From Schmidtea polychroa (Eukaryota), in assembly GCA_044892525.1 (NCBI GenBank), contig CM097885.1:41046001-41110000 (forward strand): a DNA stretch of 64,000 nucleotides. The letters run 5' to 3'. The position numbers and the translations under genes were made by a program. Of this stretch, positions 58,140 through 64,000 are shown piece by piece. The notes below the pieces were generated by a model that saw only the letters and a list, made by a program, of their open reading frames with translations, had not been told where the DNA came from and made no database searches. Position 1 is the first letter of the stretch, and each line of letters begins with the position of its first letter.

Positions 58140-59187
58140 TTAGAATATGGCTCCAACCAACTCCTCTACTGGTGGAGCCCTGTTGTTTGGGTACGTCTTC
58201 CTAAAATTATCTTCATTTGTCTCTACACACGATTCCCTTTCTTCTTCTTCCTCGATACCATTTATCCGACTGTATCTGTTTCCCGTGAATCTTTGTCTCT
58301 CCGTCGCTCTCCCGTACCTCATATTTGTATAACACTCCTCGGATCTATGACCATTTCTGCTACATCTTTCACAACGTATTTCCTGACACAATCTTCTTAT
58401 ATGACCTTCTTTCCCACACCCAAAACATCTTGGAGCTTTTTTTATCTGGACAGTTTCTACTTATATGTCCGCTTCTATGACATGTCCAGCATTCTATTTT
58501 ACCTTTTATTGGACAATCAATTTTCGTGTGTCCTATTTTGTGGCATAACCAGCATTCTGGCATTTCTCTTCGGATACTTTCTTCTCTCTGTTCTTTCTTC
58601 TTGTATTGTACTCTTCTCTGTGGTTCCTGATAGACCACTCCGGCGTAACTTCTCATACTGTTTATCTGATCTCTTTGCTTGTCTACTTTGTCCATCAGAA
58701 TTATTGTTTCCTTTATTTCTTCTGTGCTTTTTATCTTCCGTAGTATCACTTCTTTCTCAACTTCTTTATTCTCCGCACATACTATTAACATCCTTGCTGT
58801 TAATTTCTCTTTGGTAAATTCTTTATTTTCAAACAACCTATCAACAAGGTCCTCCACCTTTTTAAAAAACGTTTCTATTTCTTCACCCTTCCCCTTGTAA
58901 TTCAACAAGTTTTGTAGATCCTTTAAAACATCTCTTTCGCGATCGAATGCTAATCGCAACCTAGCCTGGAATTATTCGGCTTTTTTCAGTGTTTTGGCAT
59001 ACACTTCCAGGAGGTCCTCATCAATCATGCAAGATGTTAATCTTTCCTGATCTTTATTCTGCGTGATACCCTTGGCGTCGAAATAAATTTCGCATCTTTT
59101 AATGAACTTTTCCAAGTCGTCACCTTGGCAGAATACCTTTGGTAGCAATCTTTCGGTGATTGCGTCAGTGTTTACCGCTGCCACCAT
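58140..59187 (-). pseudogene. gag: Gypsy gag with four CCHC zinc knuckles; one in-frame stop and one frameshift
   Basis: MVAAVNTD...; TAA at 58972-74; CWLCHKIGHTKIDC and CWTCHRSGHISRNC, then after a shift in the T7 run at ~58437-58443 CFGCGKEGHIRRLC and CERCSRNGHRSEEC. Confidence 0.88.
59174..59186 (-). promoter_or_regulatory. Primer binding site complementary to tRNA-Leu
   Basis: TGGTGGCAGCGGT is complementary to the ...ACCGCTGCCA-CCA 3' end of eukaryotic tRNA-Leu; 5 nt from the 5' LTR. Confidence 0.8.
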
Positions 59188-59191
59188 ATTA

Positions 59192-59412
59192 GGAGGTTCA
59201 TCCTGTAAAACATTAAAATCAGTTTTTGTTTCCATAAATTTTATTTCAGTAAATATCAGTATCAAATTATATCTTCTTTAAACTTTCTTATTTAAACAAA
59301 TTTTCTACGAAGATATTTTTAATTAAAATATCTTTTTAATTTTTTTTAAAAATTAATCTAAAATTTAATTTTTAAAATTTTCAATTTAAAAATTTCATCA
59401 TAAAACTTCCTC

Positions 59413-59413
<1 letters not shown>
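59192..59413 (-). repeat. Gypsy 5' LTR (222 bp)
   Basis: Direct repeat of 54873-55096; terminal CA reads CC here. Confidence 0.92.
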
Positions 59414-59508
<95 letters not shown>

Positions 59509-59520
59509 GTAATAATAATA
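59414..59520. repeat. (AAT)n microsatellite
   Basis: Direct reading. Confidence 0.95.
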
Positions 59521-59690
59521 TAAAGTGATGATTTCTTGGTAGCAGCATTTATTATTAAAAACAATAAAGTAATAATTTAAGACTTTTGCTGCGAATAATG
59601 TATTTAATGAAAAATTATAGTCGAAATATTTTCATTAAATACATTATTCGCAGCCAAAGGCTTAAAATATCACTTTATTGTTTTAAATAA
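59519..59690 (-). mobile_element. Palindromic MITE-like element with one-sided tail (copy 2)
   Basis: Reverse-oriented, centrally shortened copy of 42711-42914, embedded in (AAT)n. Confidence 0.75.
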
Positions 59691-59713
59691 TAATAATAAT
59701 AATAATAATAATG

Positions 59714-59791
<78 letters not shown>
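59687..59791. repeat. (AAT)n microsatellite
   Basis: Direct reading. Confidence 0.95.
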
Positions 59792-59792
<1 letters not shown>

Positions 59793-60780
59793 ATTTCTTT
59801 TTGATCATTTCATACTTTTCCTTATTAAATAAACCAGTTTAAAACTGATAAAAATTCTTTATTTTACAGTTAAAATCACCTAAAAGGAAAATTAAATGAA
59901 AAACCTTTTTGTTCTGGCGGCTTATAATTTTATCAACACAGTATAAATATTTTTCAAGCGTAGCAGATAATGGCGTGAATTAGCTGAAAACAACATTTAT
60001 CAAAAATCAAATCAAACAGTTTGTGCAATAAATGCAATAAGAATATACATTAATCATTTGCAGATTTTTCCCATAGCAATAAAAAGCACATTTCATTCTG
60101 AACGGACAGTTTTATATTTAGATTATTGCTCTTGACTGCATAATGTTGGACTGTTACACTAATCAAAGCCAAAAATATAAAGTTTGTCAATACTACCAAT
60201 TTGGTAGAATTAAATGGAATACGAAAAATAATTAGTGAAAACGATCCTTTCATTTATCAAACCTCCATATAATAAAGTTGCAATAAAAACATTATGTGAA
60301 TCGCATAATTTAAAAACCCTTATTTTTCCTCTAAAACCCTTTGTTGAACCAATGTCATAAGTGAGATTGGTCTTTCGAGTATTTCGAGATGTAAGAAAAT
60401 TTTAAAAAAACATTGTTTTGATTTATAAACATTTGTACAAAAATTAATATGCAAATTATTAAATTTATTAACTTTATGACGTGTGAAATTTTAGCATGTT
60501 TTGCGCAAAGTATATAATGTAAGATTTTTGATTAATATCCGAAAAAAATACATATATTTGAGAAATATTAATAAATCAAAATAATTCTAAAATGTGAGCC
60601 AAACAATGCATTAACATTTCTGATGTATTTATTTTTGCCAATTCTAAATGTAAATTATTTATTATCACTTGTTAAATCTAGAAATATCAGTTTGATGTCA
60701 GCTAATTGCGATAATTGATGAATTCAAACTTTGGAAAAATTTCAACTTGTTTCAACATTCTTTCTTATATAAATACATTG

Positions 60781-60870
<90 letters not shown>

Positions 60871-60939
60871 GTAATAATAATAATAGTAATAATAATAACA
60901 GTAATTATAATTATAATAACAGTAATAATAATAACAGTA

Positions 60940-61004
<65 letters not shown>

Positions 61005-61038
61005 CATTATTATTATTATTATTATTGTTATTATTATT
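60781..61038. repeat. (AAT)n followed by (ATT)n: self-complementary microsatellite pair
   Basis: Direct reading; strand switch at ~60940. Confidence 0.95.
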
Positions 61039-61058
61039 AATATTCGAAAATCTTTTAG

Positions 61059-61183
61059 AACATTCTACATGGAAACGGATTAAAACGGAGATTTTCTCCA
61101 TTTTTCTTGGAAAAGTTAATATTTCTTAATGAATCTGTTTATAACATCAATGATTTGAATACCGTTGACATGGAAGTAGCAAA
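61059..61183 (+). CDS. Host HECT E3 ligase exon
   Basis: ttttag acceptor phase 0; NILHGNGLKRRFSPFFLEKLIF...INDLNTVDMEVA matches HECT F...F...L...DL..xD.E; gtaaat donor phase 2. Confidence 0.85.
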
Positions 61184-62507
61184 GTAAATTTTAAATTAAT
61201 GGATTATACATTTAAACAAATTTTAAGAAAATCCAAAATTAATATTGATTAGATATTAATAATTAATTATTTTCATTTATTTTCTTTTCAAATCTATATA
61301 ATTGTTTTGTATTAAATTTCTCCAATAAATTTTCTTCTGTTTATTTTGTAAATAATCGAAAATTTGTTTGAATAATAATTTTAAATGAATTCAAAATAAG
61401 ATTTTAGTTTGAGTTGAAATATTTTTTATTTTTAAAATATGTTTAGCAATAGAAGTTAGAGAAATATTTTCAACATTATGCTGACTAGAAAATTTGGCCA
61501 GCAAAAAACTATAAGTAATCTTCATAAACATGAATTGCAAAATTTTAATTACCAAAAGAGCGTGTTGACTTGAGAACTGACAATAATGAAAAAATCGTGG
61601 TACATTTGCAGTAATTTTTATATGTCATACAAAACAAATAATTTCGAAACAAAATAATAACAAAATGTCGTTGTTTATTTTTTATATACTTTAATATTAT
61701 TTTTAATATGTAAAAAACTCAGTTTTGATCATAATTTTATAAATGCAAAGTTTTTTATTGGTTCTATCTACATTTCTACATAATGCTTTAATTGGTATTG
61801 GGTTAAATATGCAATTTAAACTTTTATAAATTTGAAGATGTCGACCACATGAACCTTTTATGAAACTTTATTAATTTTCGTAATGCTTTATTAGAATTGA
61901 TTGGTTAAAACAATATATGTTACAAAAATAACATCTAACTGGATCGGCTATATGTTATATATAATTTGAGTGGTAAAAAAATCACTCCAAGTCCATAAAT
62001 ATTAAAAATCTAAAAATATGACCACCATGGTTTCAAAAATAAAATTGCTTTATGAATTATTATTATTAAAAAATTAATAGTTTTCGATTATTTTGAAAAC
62101 CATTCTTTCATCCTCAAAAATAAAATGACTATAAGTTTCGCTTTATCTTCTTTCTCTATTTAAAAGATCGTAGACTAAAGCCATAACCAATAAAACAAAC
62201 AAATATGAGTTATAACAAATCATGTATAGTTATAGTTTATATAGCAATATAATCTAATTACCAAAACAAAACACATTAATTAATCTTATCTAAGAATTGG
62301 AAATCTTTTTGGAAATAGGTTTAGAAATTGTGATACAATAAATTATCTTAATAGTGGTTTTGAGGTAGAAAATAGGTTTATTCACTATTATAAAGTATCT
62401 TTTTCCGGGGGAAAATATATGATAAATTTATATTATTGTGTCAGGTATAATAAAAGTAATTTCATTTTTGCTATTTAAAACAACAATTTGAAATATTACA
62501 TATTTAG

Positions 62508-62697
62508 AAATTTATTATTGCTGTCAAAAACGGATGACGAATTAGACTGCTTCAATTTTAAATTTGTTCTTACGCAAAATACCTTTGGCAAGCTCCATAC
62601 TTACGAAATTGTTGAGAATGGAGCCAAAATTCCGGTTACAAAAGATAATAAAAATGAATATATTCATGATGTAATCGAATTCCTATTAGACAAACAA
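62508..62697 (+). CDS. Host HECT E3 ligase exon; gene continues beyond the window
   Basis: tttag acceptor phase 2; YEIVENGAKIPVTKDNKNEYIHDV matches HECT ELxxxGxxIxVTxxNKxEYV; gtaaag donor. Confidence 0.9.
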
Positions 62698-64000
62698 GTA
62701 AAGTTTTTCATTTCATTTATTATTCCAAAAAATAGCCTTTTGGCTAATTTAAAAGTTATCCTTTTTAATAATTCTGCACAATTAATTTTTAAAATTCATT
62801 TAAATCTTTAAACTACCAAAAGATCAGAAAGGATTCAAATGGAAAAATACTATGGAAAACAAATATTTGTAAAACTTGCGAAATAAAAAATTATAAATAA
62901 TTTAATTTAATTTCTTTTATTCTATCAATTGTTTAATCCTTAAATACCCAACACTGTTTTATATTAAAATTAGAATGTACACATTTATAAATTAATTTAT
63001 TTCGAATACTGAAACTGGGATTACATCATATATGACATTTCAAAAAGGAATGAAGTTAGCTGTGCTTCAAAAAATTGATTTGTGTCGTAAAATTTGAATA
63101 TTTACATAGAAATATAGATTTTAACGGTTGTGTCGTTTGAGATAGGAATATATTTAAGGGTTAACTTAGATTATAGAATTTCACAAATATTGGTTTATCC
63201 TTCAAATAAAACTTTTATTCTGCTGGTAAAATAAAATATATTTATTTTCTTTCAATAATGTAATGTTTTCTTTGTCACTTATTCATACTTTTGTTTGACA
63301 AGCCAATGGATTGTCTTTTAGTGCTCTTCTTTCTGTTTAATTATCTTATTTGTTTTATCCTTATAAACACATTTTTCATATTCCAATGATCCTTTATTTT
63401 TATTCGTTAAATAAGTCTAGGCTTGAAATTTCATATATTTTAAATTATTTGTGACACGCTAAGTGCAGCAATACTACTGAAATTTCTGAAAAATATTTTC
63501 CGCGTTTTTAACATGCATGTAACTGAGAAGCAAGGTTTGTTGAACGTGGCATCAATGTGAAAAGGATGAATGAAATAAACAACTTCTCACACAGCGTAAA
63601 TGTCCGCAGTACGTGAGTGACATATATAGTTTTGATCTATGTTTGTTTACTATTATTTCTGATTACTGCGCTTTCTATATGATCAATTCTTCCCTAACGC
63701 ACCGTTTTCACAACTATTAATTAAAATTTTTTATTTAATAATATTCTCTTTAACACACATTTCTATATAAGGATTAAAAACATTTATAATTGTTGAATTA
63801 CATAAAATATAAAATTTTATTTTCTACGAAAAATGTTGTTTAATGACTTCCTACACAGTCCTATTTGTTTTAGAGGTTTCTATAATTTTTAGTTTTCAGT
63901 TTCAACAAATATTGACGTTGATTGAAATTGAAAAAATAGACATGAGTCCTACCAAATATAAATTGAAATTTTCCCAATTAAAAATTTATTATTCCAACGA

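Larger units (their letters stand above)
54873..59413 (-). mobile_element. Compact Ty3/Gypsy LTR retrotransposon, 4,541 bp, inserted in (AAT)n
   Basis: Direct repeats 54873-55096 and 59192-59413 (TGAGG...CCTCA, a handful of differences), PBS, PPT, gag, and PR-RT-RH-IN domain order. Confidence 0.96.

Noticed and set aside
55170..58900. Plus-strand ORFs over the Gypsy element
   Set aside because: Antisense shadows of gag/pol with no recognisable motifs.

Overview
Very AT-rich eukaryotic genomic DNA with spliceosomal introns and abundant (TA)n/(AAT)n microsatellites. The composition is compatible with a flatworm/planarian-type genome, but that is inference only. A multi-exon, divergent HECT E3 ligase gene (UBE3B/UBE3C-like, + strand) runs through almost the whole window, and its introns are filled with mobile DNA. 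The centrepiece is a complete 15.2-kb Polinton/Maverick (adintovirus-like) element at 12277-27518, with a perfect 6-bp TSD (GACGCC) and ~334-bp TIRs. It encodes pPolB, major and minor capsid proteins, a packaging ATPase, an adenain protease, a fibre-like protein, a pX-like core protein and a membrane protein. Unusual features inside it: (i) three tRNA-like Pol III units (A box, B box, T-run) plus an adjacent heavily base-paired non-coding block, reminiscent of adenovirus VA RNAs; (ii) a single zinc finger-parvoviral PLA2-integrase fusion ORF; (iii) a free-standing paralogue of the pPolB C-terminal region with signs of purifying selection; (iv) TIRs that each contain a second, inverted copy of the element terminus. 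Also present: two non-autonomous elements with Polinton-type AGTAG ends and 6-bp TSDs (one with an inverted copy of host flank), a compact Ty3/Gypsy element in an (AAT)n tract, a Penelope element with a minimal hammerhead ribozyme, and Tc1/hAT relics and MITEs. All calls come from reading the sequence and recognising motifs; no database search or folding program was run.
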